A DNA stretch of 64,000 nucleotides from Nitrosopumilus sp. (GTDB lineage: Archaea > Thermoproteota > Nitrososphaeria > Nitrososphaerales > Nitrosopumilaceae), in assembly GCA_965203315.1 (NCBI GenBank), contig OZ241857.1, positions 448,001-512,000 of the forward strand. The letters are read 5' to 3'. A program made the position numbers and the translations under genes. Positions 41,949-52,826 of the stretch are shown piece by piece (the first letter of the stretch is position 1; every line of letters starts with the position of its first letter). The notes below the pieces were generated by a model. The model worked only from the letters and a program-made list of their open reading frames with translations. It was not told the DNA's origin and made no database searches.

Positions 41949-42770
41949 ATGAGTCAAGTAAGAACCTCTGAGAAAGCCAGAGAGATACTAGTCGAACTAG
42001 CAGAAAAGTTCGGCAAGACCGAATTCGTAGACAGTTCGGCCAAGATGTTGATAGATGCTCGTACATATGCAAAGCCATCGAGCTCATGGTCATTGGGTAA
42101 TCAACTAGCAATGTACTTTGGTGGTACCATGGATGCAAGAGGATACAATCAATGGAACGCAGTAGGACGACATGTCAAGAAAGGAGCAAAGGCAATCTAC
42201 ATTCTAGGTCCAATGACTAGAAAGATCGAGCCCAAGGAGGGTGAAGACGAACGAATCATAATAACTGGATTTAGAGCGATACCCGTATTCCGATTCGAAG
42301 ATACAAAAGGTAAACCACTAAAAGAGTACAAACCCAAGACACTTCCACCGTTGTATCATCTAGCAGAAGAGAATGATATCAAGGTAGAGTATATCGAATC
42401 TAGACATGGTGAATATGGTTCGATACACATTCCAACAAAGAACATGACGCTGAGTACAGAGTCGCCGGATACGTTCTTGCACGAACTGATGCATCTATAC
42501 GACAACAAGAGTCAAGAACTGAAACCAGGACAAGACCCCATACAAGAGACTGTAGCACAGCTTGGTGCATGTGTTCTAGCCAAGATGTATGGATATGACG
42601 TAGAGGCACATACATGGAACTATATCTCAGCATATGCGGGTTCAAAAGATCCCAAAGCTGTTGGCAACATGTGCTTCAAGGTATTACAACGTGTTCAGCT
42701 AGCAATAAACAAGATACTAGATGATGCACAAGAACTGAAACCAATCGAGGCAAGTATAACAAAGATGTAG
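41949..42770 (+). CDS. ArdC-like antirestriction protein (ssDNA-binding domain plus zincin HExxH domain)
   Basis: WSLGNQL, GYNQWNAVGRHVKKGAKAIYILGP, PVF, LHELMH, ETVAQL. Confidence 0.8.
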   Translation: MSQVRTSEKAREILVELAEKFGKTEFVDSSAKMLIDARTYAKPSSSWSLGNQLAMYFGGTMDARGYNQWNAVGRHVKKGAKAIYILGPMTRKIEPKEGEDERIIITGFRAIPVFRFEDTKGKPLKEYKPKTLPPLYHLAEENDIKVEYIESRHGEYGSIHIPTKNMTLSTESPDTFLHELMHLYDNKSQELKPGQDPIQETVAQLGACVLAKMYGYDVEAHTWNYISAYAGSKDPKAVGNMCFKVLQRVQLAINKILDDAQELKPIEASITKM

Positions 42771-43339
42771 TGTATCATGTACTATATCTGATATTGTACA
42801 CACAATATCACAAAACATGATAGTGGTGTACGGCACACCATCTTTACAAAAAAATGTTGAGATACTTTTGATACCAAAAGTATACTCCAGGAAAATCCCC
42901 TGATGATTTCACCAATTATGTAATTGGTGAATGCTCAAAATGTCTTGTAATAACAAACATTTTGGGTTGGCTCTGTCCTGTATGGGCATTGCCGAAACTA
43001 TACTCGTTAGTACGAGTATGGTCGGGAAGATGGAATCAAAAAACATTTGAACATAAATTGTGCTGTATATCGAGTACACTAATTTCAAATGTAAACGATA
43101 TAATTCGCTGGTACGGCGAGTATTCATCTTTTCAGAGTCATGCGCCACAGATGCAGCTAGTACCATAGCGCTGCAACTCTGCAGAGCTGTATCGTGTGGT
43201 TTTCCAAAAGGAGGAATAGTATGAGTACAAAATCTACAATAAAAGACACTAGATTGGAGCGCCGCGTAGATGGGCGTTATGAGACTCTGGTGCAGATCAA
43301 ATTGTTGAACAATTCAAACATTCTCATAAGATATGAGAT

Positions 43340-43606
43340 ATGAGCCATGAAAAGTTCACGCCTAAAGACTTGACAATAATCCCAAAGGATTGTAGTGTAT
43401 GTGATGGGTGTAACAAACAACTTACGGATGAAAACTTTGTTGCGATTCAAGACTGTGTGTGGTTTGAAGGATATCTGTACTGTCAAGGTTGTGAACAGAG
43501 ATACAGGCCAAAAGATGTTGGCTTGTCACTAATTAAACGTATCTGTATGGGTGATGATCTATCCGATACAGAACTTGCAAAACCAATAGTGATAGAGTCA
43601 TGGTAA
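43340..43606 (+). CDS. Small Zn-finger protein
   Basis: CDGC..CQGC. Confidence 0.55.
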   Translation: MSHEKFTPKDLTIIPKDCSVCDGCNKQLTDENFVAIQDCVWFEGYLYCQGCEQRYRPKDVGLSLIKRICMGDDLSDTELAKPIVIESW

Positions 43607-43879
43607 TAGCACATAATGTCGTTGTAAACACAATCTACAAATCTAAAAACCAACTTGATACAACAGCTTGTACGTATACACAATGACTGCAGTAGAGAAG
43701 GCAATAGAGTTGCTAGAGGGGCACCCATTCTATAACGTCCTAGTTGAATATGTTGCAACAAAAGCCACAAGATATACTCAAGCAAAGATCATATTTGACA
43801 AGAGACTTGGAGCAAGTTCAGGAACAGAAAATATGATACGTGATGCAGTATTTGATGCATTAAAACAGAGGCATGTGAG

Positions 43880-44470
43880 ATGAGATTTCGATATGGGACT
43901 ATTGGTGTTGTTGTGTTGTGTATGGGGCTAGTATTATTTGCAGCTAGTGTATTACCAAACTATCAATCAAACATAGATAAAGCCACAAACGAGATATCTG
44001 GCATAGATAGAACAACACCAAACGTTGAATCAAGTCAGGATAAAACACCAAACACCAACATCAATATAGATAGAACAACAAACATCGAAACAGATATCAC
44101 AGAACGAGATACCAGCTGCTCAATGTGTTATACGGGTATCGTAACTAGAATAGTTGACGGAGATACAATTCATGTAGATGATAATATAATACGACTTGCG
44201 ATGGTCGATACTCCTGAACGAGGTGAGTCAAACTATGCTGCCGCAACTGCACATACTAGATCTACATGCCCTATTGGTACAACAGCACTAGTTGATATAG
44301 ATGATCTGCAGATACAAGATCGTTATGGCAGACAGATAGCAAAGGTGACTTGCAGCGGTACAATACTGAACGAATCACTACTAGTATCAAATCTCGCAGA
44401 CGTGTATCACTACTTTTGTTCAAGGTCAGAGTTTGCGAGTGAACCTTGGTTGAACAACGAATGCACATAG
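43880..44470 (+). CDS. Membrane-anchored thermonuclease (SNase family)
   Basis: TM segment, VDGDTI, RLAMVDTPE, DRYGRQIA. Confidence 0.9.
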   Translation: MRFRYGTIGVVVLCMGLVLFAASVLPNYQSNIDKATNEISGIDRTTPNVESSQDKTPNTNINIDRTTNIETDITERDTSCSMCYTGIVTRIVDGDTIHVDDNIIRLAMVDTPERGESNYAAATAHTRSTCPIGTTALVDIDDLQIQDRYGRQIAKVTCSGTILNESLLVSNLADVYHYFCSRSEFASEPWLNNECT

Positions 44471-44482
44471 GATCAGTATCAT

Positions 44483-44625
44483 AGACTGTATGCGTATTTC
44501 TTGTATCTTACGCACATTTTAAGATACAATAAAACACGGGTGTAATTTCTAGAGGCAAATTGATTCATTGTTATCGTGTTTGATGATTGGACATAGGCAC
44601 ACCCTTAATAATACGCATACAGTCT
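44483..44625. mobile_element. MITE, copy 1
   Basis: 16-bp TIR agactgtatgcgtatt/aatacgcatacagtct; 3-bp TSD cat. Confidence 0.8.
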
Positions 44626-44626
44626 C

Positions 44627-44938
44627 ATGAATGAGATAACTAGCATAGTCGAGATGATAAAACACAAGGCAACCACACATATCTTGAGTGAAGTCAATTG
44701 GTATGAGATATCTCAGAGATACAAAGATGACATTCAAGAGCTAACAGACAAAGTCAAAGAGGAACAAGAATCGCTCCGCGAAGATATAGAATATCAGACA
44801 AGAGAACTAGAAGATGTACTGGAACAGCTGTTAAACCTCTTTGCACATCAGAACAGATGGAATACAATACAACGTCAAGTAAAAAATGACTTGGAGAATA
44901 GTACACAGCGAGTCTACAATCTAGACCAAAAGGACTAG
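44627..44938 (+). CDS. Coiled-coil hypothetical protein
   Basis: 103-aa ORF, co-oriented with the cluster. Confidence 0.5.
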   Translation: MNEITSIVEMIKHKATTHILSEVNWYEISQRYKDDIQELTDKVKEEQESLREDIEYQTRELEDVLEQLLNLFAHQNRWNTIQRQVKNDLENSTQRVYNLDQKD

Positions 44939-45072
44939 CACGCCAAAGTGTAGAGACGCTATCTCTTGCGCAATCAGTATCCTACTGCATAATATCATAT
45001 GATATCACATGATATCGTACTAGGACTGCTGCTCGGCAGGATTGCATGCGAAGAGATTCTTACAAGGAGGTG
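44922..45072 (+). promoter_or_regulatory. Repeated hairpin leader R1
   Basis: tagaccaaaaggactagcacgccaaagtgtagag..atctcttgcgcaatc..ctgctgctcggcaggattgcatgcgaagagatt..ggagg. Confidence 0.7.
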
Positions 45073-45077
45073 AAAGT

Positions 45078-45674
45078 ATGAGAATAAGAAAGAGTATCTC
45101 AAACAAGATACAATCCTTTAGCGAGTCTATTGCTAAAGAGACTGTATATAGGATCGTGATGTTTGCAGGAATAGCTCTAACTGGATATGGAATTTATCTA
45201 CAAGACATAGCAATAATCATATCTGGATCAGCTTTAATAACTGCAAGTGTCATAGGTATAGTAATGTCTATGCAGACCAACAAGATTGCACATACTATCT
45301 ATGAGCGATTTGATAGACAAGATAAATTGGCGGATATGCGCCACAAAGAGACAATATCAGTACTAAAAGAGATGATGTCAGTACTAAAAGAGATAGTTAC
45401 ACTGCTAAAAGATAGCAAAGAATGTAACGAAAGAATGAGTCAAACACTAGACAGAATCGACAAAAACACAAGTAAACTAGACAGAATCGACAAAAACACA
45501 AGTAAACTAGACAGAATCGACAAAAACACAAGTAAACTAGACAGAATCGACAAAAACACAAGTAAACTAGACAGAATCGACAAAAACACAAGTAAACTAG
45601 ACAGAATCGACAAAAACACAAGTAAACTAGACAGAATCGACAAAAACACAAGTAAACTAGCTGAGAAACTGTAA
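45078..45674 (+). CDS. 2-TM coiled-coil family protein with seven LDRIDKNTSK repeats
   Basis: SD ggaggtga; ASVIGIVMSMQT..ERFDRQ. Confidence 0.8.
   Translation: MRIRKSISNKIQSFSESIAKETVYRIVMFAGIALTGYGIYLQDIAIIISGSALITASVIGIVMSMQTNKIAHTIYERFDRQDKLADMRHKETISVLKEMMSVLKEIVTLLKDSKECNERMSQTLDRIDKNTSKLDRIDKNTSKLDRIDKNTSKLDRIDKNTSKLDRIDKNTSKLDRIDKNTSKLDRIDKNTSKLAEKL
45451..45660 (+). repeat. Seven perfect 30-bp coding tandem repeats
   Basis: acagaatcgacaaaaacacaagtaaactag x7. Confidence 0.95.
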
Positions 45675-45812
45675 TAGACCAAAAGGACTACACGCCAAAG
45701 TGTAGAGACGTTATCTCTTGCGCAATCAATATCTTACTGTATAATATCGTATAATATCGTACTAGGACTGCTGCTCGGCAGGATTGCATGCGAAGAGATT
45801 CTTACAGGAGGT
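45675..45812 (+). promoter_or_regulatory. Repeated hairpin leader R2
   Basis: Homologous to R1, ends in ggaggt. Confidence 0.7.
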
Positions 45813-45906
45813 AAGAGATGAAAGAAAAAGATACTGGCAAAGTGCCAGATTGGATAGGTATGCCAGAACGTGTACCTTGTAGGCAACTATATCGGAATAG
45901 AACAAG

Positions 45907-46335
45907 ATGAATCGAGAAAGAACGTTAGAGAACATCCGTCGTCTCGGTAATACGTTAGCAAAGAATCAACTGTATACCGCAATATTGATGATCGGTACTG
46001 GTATGCTCACATCAGCTCTTGTTATTGATGATACACTCTTGTTATCGATAGGAATATCCTTTATAATTGCGAGTGTCGTAGGAATAATAATGGCATGGCA
46101 GACCAAAGAGATTGCAGCTGATCTACATCAACGATTTGATAGAATAGAAGATATTCTAAAGTCGAACCATAAAGAAGCTATGCACAACCATAAAGAGACT
46201 ATGAATAATCATAAAGAAGCTATGCAAAAACACAACGAAACCATATCTATTCTGAACAAGATGGTTGTTGTACTTGAACAAATCAAGACAGAGCTTAGAG
46301 AGATCAAAGAATCAAGTAAACCAGAAAAGAGATAG
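45907..46335 (+). CDS. 2-TM coiled-coil family protein
   Basis: GISFIIASVVGIIMAWQT..QRFD; NHKE repeats. Confidence 0.75.
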   Translation: MNRERTLENIRRLGNTLAKNQLYTAILMIGTGMLTSALVIDDTLLLSIGISFIIASVVGIIMAWQTKEIAADLHQRFDRIEDILKSNHKEAMHNHKETMNNHKEAMQKHNETISILNKMVVVLEQIKTELREIKESSKPEKR

Positions 46336-46471
46336 ACCAAAAGGACTAGCACGCCAAAGTGTAGAGCCGTTATCTCTTGCGCAATCAGTATCCTACTGTA
46401 TAATATTGTATAATATCGTACTAGGACTGCTGCTCGGCAGGATTGTATGCGAAGAGATTACCTATGGAGGT
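46333..46471 (+). promoter_or_regulatory. Repeated hairpin leader R3
   Basis: Homologous to R1. Confidence 0.7.
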
Positions 46472-46478
46472 AGGAAAT

Positions 46479-49102
46479 ATGAAAACAAAGAGTATTCCGA
46501 GTGTAAAATCACTCTGGCGCTGCCCCATGTGTGCAGCAAAAACAGCCCTCGATATAGAGGGCAAATTAGGACAGACAAAGAGATTTGATTGTTCTAGATC
46601 AGATTGTTGGAACAAAGTCCAACATTGCGTAAAAAACAAAGAGATAGAAAATGTCGTATAGTCATCTAACACTTGAGAATCTACCACAAGTGTGGGAGTA
46701 CATCAAGAAGACAAGAGACTGCAAAGATGCAATACTAGGTATTCATTTACCTTGCGAAAATGTTACTGAAATAGAGATAGATGACTTTGTAGACCTGTTA
46801 AAGATGGTCATGCAAAAGTATGATGACCACGCAAACATTACAGTCAATGCTTCGATTGGGGTCGATTGTGATTGTGGTACACAACATCTAGTTCCAATGA
46901 ATAACATTGTCGAGTACATAGAGAAATACTATAACAAGGCAATAGAGGCATGAAGATAAAATACTACAACCATACCGTATGTCTAGAAGACTATGACCCA
47001 GAATATAATGCAGTTGGAGAGTTATCAGATGGTCATCCAGATCCAAATCAAGAACATACTTGGGAATCAGAGAGAGATCTAATAGACTGGAACATGAATT
47101 GGATAGAAGGACTCTACAAAGAGATGTGGCGACTAACAAGTCTCTGTGATACCAAAAAAGCAATATGGAAGGCCTATACAAGTTGGCAAGATGCGATACA
47201 CTACACACAAGAGATAGTAAATCACATACGAGATGTAACAGCAAGTAGAGATCCAGACTATAAAGAAGACAATCCAGAACTAAAAGAGATCAATGACTGG
47301 TACACAATGTGCCAAAAATGTATGAAACAGACAACGTTCTACATGCAAGACGAGACCAACTGTGGAACTTGGTATTGCAGCGTATGCAAACACATGAAAA
47401 CATAGGAGGTAACAAAATGACCAACGAATGTGTATCCTGGCATGTAAAGATAGAACGTGCTGGTGATGATAGAGAACCATGTACGCGATGTCATACACCA
47501 TTTGATGATCCAAATGGAGAGGCATGGGTACTAGTTGTAGAGCAAGATGGACTGTGTCAAGAGTCCAAAGCACAATGTGAGAAATGTATGAGAAAGTTCA
47601 TGAAAGAAGCCCAGGAAGCAGATGAACATGAATGAGTTAGAAAAACTAGCAATCCAACTGGATCAGAAACTACGAGCGCTAGAATGGGAAGAGAATAGAT
47701 TTCAAGAACTCAAACTAGACTATCGTGCAGATAGTAAAGTAGCGAGTATATTTCTCAGACTACACCAAGTAAGAGACGAATTAGCAGAACTAACCCCTGA
47801 TGACTATGAATCATGCAACATACGGTGGAGAGATATAGAATGACATTCTCAAACCCATATTGGAATCTACGTGTATTACACGCCAAAGACGGATCAGGCT
47901 GGACAAACGTTGGATTTGAGAGCTATGATGAAGTTATAGAACATATGCACAAACTCAAAGAAAAACACGCACCTCTGATATACTGTATAGAGAGAATAGA
48001 CGATTACGGCACAGAATACGTAAAGAAAACGATCCTAGAGTGTGAGGAATTGCACTGATGAAATATATAGAATGTAAACAATGCGATAAATCTATGGAAG
48101 AACACTGTGATTTCGTAGAGTTCTGTTCAGAAATGCTGTCTAGAGTATATGGTTGATGAAAATAACGGACATGGACATCTGTTTTATCTCTCTTGATGAA
48201 TCAGGAGAGATCAAAACAAAAAACATAGATTTAGGCAAACTAGAAGACATCAAGACAGAACAAGAATTTAAAGACAAGATAAAGGCAGAACTCGAGTCAG
48301 ACATAGTAGATGATAATGACTGAACTCGAAAATATGTGTACCGAGCTAGAGTATAGCTTGAAAAACATAGGCTTCCAAAAAGATAGATTCTACAAAAAAG
48401 GGGATCTGATACAAAGAATGATGATAGGAATAGTATTCCAAAACATCGAACAATCTAGAGATACTTGTCAGGTCTAACAGGTGAATATCATGAATAAAAC
48501 CATGTCAATGCTCTTTGAAACAAGTATCAAAAAATGGCGACATCCAGTGAAACAAGACAAATTCTCCGATAGGTTTCAGGAATGGGTAAAAATTATAAAC
48601 CCTGATTATGTCTATCAAGAAATTCAACGACAGATAGCAATGTCTAATGAAAATATAGCAAATCGTCAAGAAGAACTAGAAACCGCATTAAAGAACTTGG
48701 ATACAGCCATTAGTGAGCGAGAATATTGGTTACATTGCAGATACATCTATGAAAACTCGGTGATGTGTAGTGACTGAGTTAGACCTAACCAAACTCGGAT
48801 ACAGAGAGATAGCAATAGTAAGAGACTTGTTAGGTTGTGTAATGAATAACAGATACACACACCTTGCCAAAGCAAACTTTGATGACTCTCAAATCAAAAT
48901 AGGAATAGATATAGACAAATGTGTATTTCTGTTTAACGAAGATGGTAAAGTCCTAGTAGAATACAACAACAAACTACATCTGGTCGTAACATGTTCTGAA
49001 TGTGGTAACGAAGCAATAGAGACGGACTGGGTACCAGAAAAAAACTGCAAAACCTGTCAAGTGATATCTGAATTCTATGCACTGTATGACCACTATTCAT
49101 AA
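46479..49102 (+). other. Operon of more than ten tightly packed small hypothetical ORFs, many with CxxC motifs
   Basis: ORFs at 46479, 46651, 46950, ~47418, 47622, ~47840, 48481, 48770 with overlapping start/stop codons and SD motifs. Confidence 0.65.
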
Positions 49103-49114
49103 CACTTCAAGGCA

Positions 49115-49486
49115 ATGACTAAAAGTACATACAATAGATACAAAACTCTCAAAAACGTATTCATAAAGCAACCATTCTATACCATGATGCTTGCATTTGG
49201 TATATTTGGAATGTTTGCATCAGAGTGGAACATATACCAAGATCCAAATCTGCTACTCACGATTGGCATAGCTTTTATTAGTTCAAGTGTGGTAGGACTA
49301 GTTATGGCTTGGCACAGTGATAGAATAGCAAGTACATTGCATGAGCGATTTGATGAACAGAACGAGATCATGAAGTCAAATCACAAAGAGAGTATGTCTG
49401 TACTCAACAAGATGGTCGATGTACTTGAGCAAATCAAAACAGAGCTTAAAGAGATCAAAGAATCAAGTAAACCAGAAAATAGATAG
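49115..49486 (+). CDS. 2-TM coiled-coil family protein
   Basis: GIAFISSSVVGLVMAW..ERFDEQ; C-terminus nearly identical to the 45907 paralogue. Confidence 0.75.
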   Translation: MTKSTYNRYKTLKNVFIKQPFYTMMLAFGIFGMFASEWNIYQDPNLLLTIGIAFISSSVVGLVMAWHSDRIASTLHERFDEQNEIMKSNHKESMSVLNKMVDVLEQIKTELKEIKESSKPENR

Positions 49487-49627
49487 ACCAAAAGGACTAG
49501 CACGCCAAAGTGTAGAGCCTTTATCTCTTGCGTAATCAATATTCTGTGTACAATATACGATATACGATATTGTACAACAGAACTGCTGCTCGGCAGGATT
49601 GTATGTGAAGAGATTCCCTATGGAGGT
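49484..49627 (+). promoter_or_regulatory. Repeated hairpin leader R4
   Basis: Homologous to R1; inner stem gtacaatat/atattgtac. Confidence 0.7.
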
Positions 49628-49634
49628 AGGAAAT

Positions 49635-50540
49635 ATGAACAAAAATATGAATGGCTCATCAGAGCCAATACAGAACATTCGTGTTCTACCAATAAATCCG
49701 GTGGAGTTTATTCCAAGGAATGTCCCACGATTTATTGAGACTCGTAACGAGTCTGCAAGACTCCAAGTTGCAATGGAGTCAACTGATCCGCTACTTTTGG
49801 TTGGACCAAAAGGAATCGGAAAGACACTCTGCATTGATGCATTTGCAGCAAAGCTCAATGTACCGCTGATTCGATATGACTGTTCAGATGGTACGAAAAA
49901 GTTTGATCTCTATGGACGATTTACTATAATCGGACATGAGACGGTGTACAAACCCGGCATACTAGCTACTGCTATAGAGACAGCAAACCAGTTCGGTACA
50001 GCCGTTCTAGTACTAGAAGAGGTAAATGCGCTAAACGGTGCAATGCAAAAGGTACTGAACTCGCTATTAGATTATCGTCATTCGTTGATGATAGAAGAGT
50101 TGAACAAGGTGTATTCATTGAGAGATGGTGCCAATCTCTTGATATGTGCTACAATGAATCCCAGTACGTATGGTGGCACAAACGAACTGAACGAAGATCT
50201 AAAGTCTAGATTTGCCATCTGGAAGTGGAAGTATCCTGAAGAGAATGAAGAACGTGAAATACTCAACACACAAGGTATCCCAGAGTTGTTTGTAACTCGA
50301 ATGTTACAGTTTGCTCAAGATACGAGAAATACTGCAGCTGCAGGAAAGATAGAATATGCGCTATCACCACGTGATCTAGACATGTTCTTTAGACGATACC
50401 GCATATATCTTGGCAGACCAGAGTTTGGACTCGATACCGTATTTGAAGAGTGCATCTTGAACAAGTATGATGCGGCATCAGATATAGAGTATATCAACGA
50501 TCGAAGACAGTCTATATTTGGCAAGGATGTATCAAGATAA
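49635..50540 (+). CDS. MoxR/CbbQ-type AAA+ ATPase
   Basis: GPKGIGKT, VLEEVN, ATMNP, LKSRF, SPR. Confidence 0.9.
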   Translation: MNKNMNGSSEPIQNIRVLPINPVEFIPRNVPRFIETRNESARLQVAMESTDPLLLVGPKGIGKTLCIDAFAAKLNVPLIRYDCSDGTKKFDLYGRFTIIGHETVYKPGILATAIETANQFGTAVLVLEEVNALNGAMQKVLNSLLDYRHSLMIEELNKVYSLRDGANLLICATMNPSTYGGTNELNEDLKSRFAIWKWKYPEENEEREILNTQGIPELFVTRMLQFAQDTRNTAAAGKIEYALSPRDLDMFFRRYRIYLGRPEFGLDTVFEECILNKYDAASDIEYINDRRQSIFGKDVSR

Positions 50541-52285
50541 TGTCTGTTATGATAGAGCGATATGAAAAAACTGCAAATATAGTAAACAACATCAAAGGTA
50601 CCAAGTTTACTCTACTGTGCGGTGATGGTAGAGATATCTTGTGGAAGAATAGCGAGATCATGATAACTGACAAAGATACACTGACCAATCTAGAGCACTC
50701 ACTAGCTCACATCATGTATGATTCTAGAGCACCAACAAACAGTACAATCATCGAGATAACAAAGACAGATCAAGGACATGATGGCTCGGCATTCTTTAAG
50801 GAGATATTCTATACACTAGAAGCAGAGCGAGTCGAGAGTAATTGGGGTGAGATATACTATGGTTCACATCAAGAGTTTGAACGACAGAGAAGTGAACGTG
50901 GTACAATGGATAGTGGTGAACTCGATCCAATGCGTGCAATACAGTTTGCTAGAAACGGTAGTATCGGCAAACTAGAGGGTACACAGTACGAGCAAGCCAT
51001 ACAATACATCAATACTGTACACGGTATGGACAGCAAGGTATCACTCAAGCTTGCCATAGAATACTATGAAAAATATGTCAAGGATTGGCTAGATGTACAA
51101 ATATCAAAGATACGAGAAGAGCATTTAGAGAAACTCGTACAGAGAATAAAAGATCACTTTGAAGAACAGATAGAGGAACAAAAGAGAGAGCTAGATAGAA
51201 CTGGAGATAAAAATGTACGGAAACGCATAAACGAGTTGTACAAAGACATGAGCAATACAATAGAGAACAAGACCATACATGACATACGCATATCTAGCTG
51301 GGATGTAGAAAATATCTTGAAAGACTATTCGACGAGAACACGTCAGGAATGTCATGAGAATAGTCCTAAAAAGTTGTCCAAGAGTACTGTACAAAGTATT
51401 CAAAAGAGAGATATGGACTCTTTGGTCAAACAAGGCAAGAAAGCAACTGCAAAGATCAATAGTAAGATCAAAGAGATCAATCGTCCTGTACAACCCAAAC
51501 TTGCAAACCTTGCAGAAAAGATACATGTCTCGAATAGACCTGAAGAAGAATATACCATAGATTATGAGACATCATACAGATTGCGCAAGTTGATCAACGA
51601 GGTTAAAGCAAGTCGTACACAAGTATACGACATGCAAGGAAATATGATAGATGTTGATGAGTATATCCAAGATATCATCAATACCAAACAAGGTATCTAT
51701 TGGGAAGACGAAGAACCTAGTAAGGGACTAGCTATTGTAATTGGCATAGATTGTTCAGGTTCTATGCCAGATGGTGCAATGCAGGCTTGTCGAGACATGT
51801 GTGCTACAATACTATACGCAACCCAGCGACTCAAAGATGTAGCAATAACATTTGTACCATGGAGTACAAGTAACAGTCGACACGATTTGTACGCCAACGA
51901 GTTTACGACACTAGACGAGATCAAATGCATATCAAAGAACTATGAGCCACAAAATGCCAATGATCTAGCACATCAATATCTAGACAGAGTCATCGCGAAG
52001 AGCAATGCCGTAAATAAAGTCATCATAATGATGACTGATGGTGAACCATACTGTCATGGAATAGATCCAAATGTGCTCTTTGCAAATACTGTAGAAGCAA
52101 TAAGACAGAGTAAGTTGAGAGGCAATCTAGTGTATGGCGTATTTCTGAACTTTGGCGCCAACGAAGATAGGGCAAAAAAGATGGCAGGCATGTATCGTAG
52201 TAACTTTGTATCGTGCAATACAATGAACGATGCAAGCAAGGCTGTCATCGAACTGACCCAGAATCACATCTTGAGAGCTATCTAG
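50540..52285 (+). CDS. vWA-domain partner of the MoxR ATPase
   Basis: MIDAS DCSGSM, MTDGEP; N-terminal HSLAH..EAERVE. Confidence 0.85.
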   Translation: MSVMIERYEKTANIVNNIKGTKFTLLCGDGRDILWKNSEIMITDKDTLTNLEHSLAHIMYDSRAPTNSTIIEITKTDQGHDGSAFFKEIFYTLEAERVESNWGEIYYGSHQEFERQRSERGTMDSGELDPMRAIQFARNGSIGKLEGTQYEQAIQYINTVHGMDSKVSLKLAIEYYEKYVKDWLDVQISKIREEHLEKLVQRIKDHFEEQIEEQKRELDRTGDKNVRKRINELYKDMSNTIENKTIHDIRISSWDVENILKDYSTRTRQECHENSPKKLSKSTVQSIQKRDMDSLVKQGKKATAKINSKIKEINRPVQPKLANLAEKIHVSNRPEEEYTIDYETSYRLRKLINEVKASRTQVYDMQGNMIDVDEYIQDIINTKQGIYWEDEEPSKGLAIVIGIDCSGSMPDGAMQACRDMCATILYATQRLKDVAITFVPWSTSNSRHDLYANEFTTLDEIKCISKNYEPQNANDLAHQYLDRVIAKSNAVNKVIIMMTDGEPYCHGIDPNVLFANTVEAIRQSKLRGNLVYGVFLNFGANEDRAKKMAGMYRSNFVSCNTMNDASKAVIELTQNHILRAI

Positions 52286-52308
52286 AATATACGAGTACGA
52301 GATCAGGA

Positions 52309-52426
52309 TAGACCAAAAGGACTAGCACGCCAAAGTGCAGAGCCGTTATCTCTTACGCAATCAATATCTCATTTGAGACCATGGCTCGATGGGATTGCGT
52401 ATGTGGAGATTCTCACAAGGAGGTGA
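52309..52426 (+). promoter_or_regulatory. Repeated hairpin leader R5 (variant loop)
   Basis: Same flanks; tacgcaatc/gattgcgta stem with a different interior. Confidence 0.65.
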
Positions 52427-52430
52427 AAGT

Positions 52431-52826
52431 ATGAGAATAAGAAAGAGCATCTCAAACAAGATACAATCCTTTAGCGAGTCTATTGCTAAAGAGACTGTAT
52501 ACAGGATCGTAATGTTTGCAGGAATAGCTCTAACTGGATATGGGATTTATCTACAAGACATAGCAATAATCATATCTGGATCAGCTTTAATAGCTGCAAG
52601 TGTCATAGGTATAGTAATGTCTATGCAGACCAACAAGATTGCAGGTAATCTTTACAATCGAATTGACAAACAAACTGCACTCTTGGAATCAAGCCTCAAC
52701 AAGATGGTTGCTGTACTAGAACGAATGGACAAGAAACTGGACAAATTAGACACAATAGATACAAAGCTGGACAAATTAGACACAATAGATACAAAGCTGG
52801 ACAATATAGACAAGAAAATGGACTAG
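52431..52826 (+). CDS. 2-TM coiled-coil family protein
   Basis: N-terminus nearly identical to the 45078 protein; different KLDKLDTIDT tail. Confidence 0.8.
   Translation: MRIRKSISNKIQSFSESIAKETVYRIVMFAGIALTGYGIYLQDIAIIISGSALIAASVIGIVMSMQTNKIAGNLYNRIDKQTALLESSLNKMVAVLERMDKKLDKLDTIDTKLDKLDTIDTKLDNIDKKMD

Noticed and set aside
45451-45660. 30-bp repeats as CRISPR or iterons
   Set aside because: No spacers; the unit is a multiple of three inside a coding coiled-coil
37271-52826. Diversity-generating retroelement behind the paralogue variation
   Set aside because: No reverse transcriptase, and no template/variable repeat pair with adenine-specific differences
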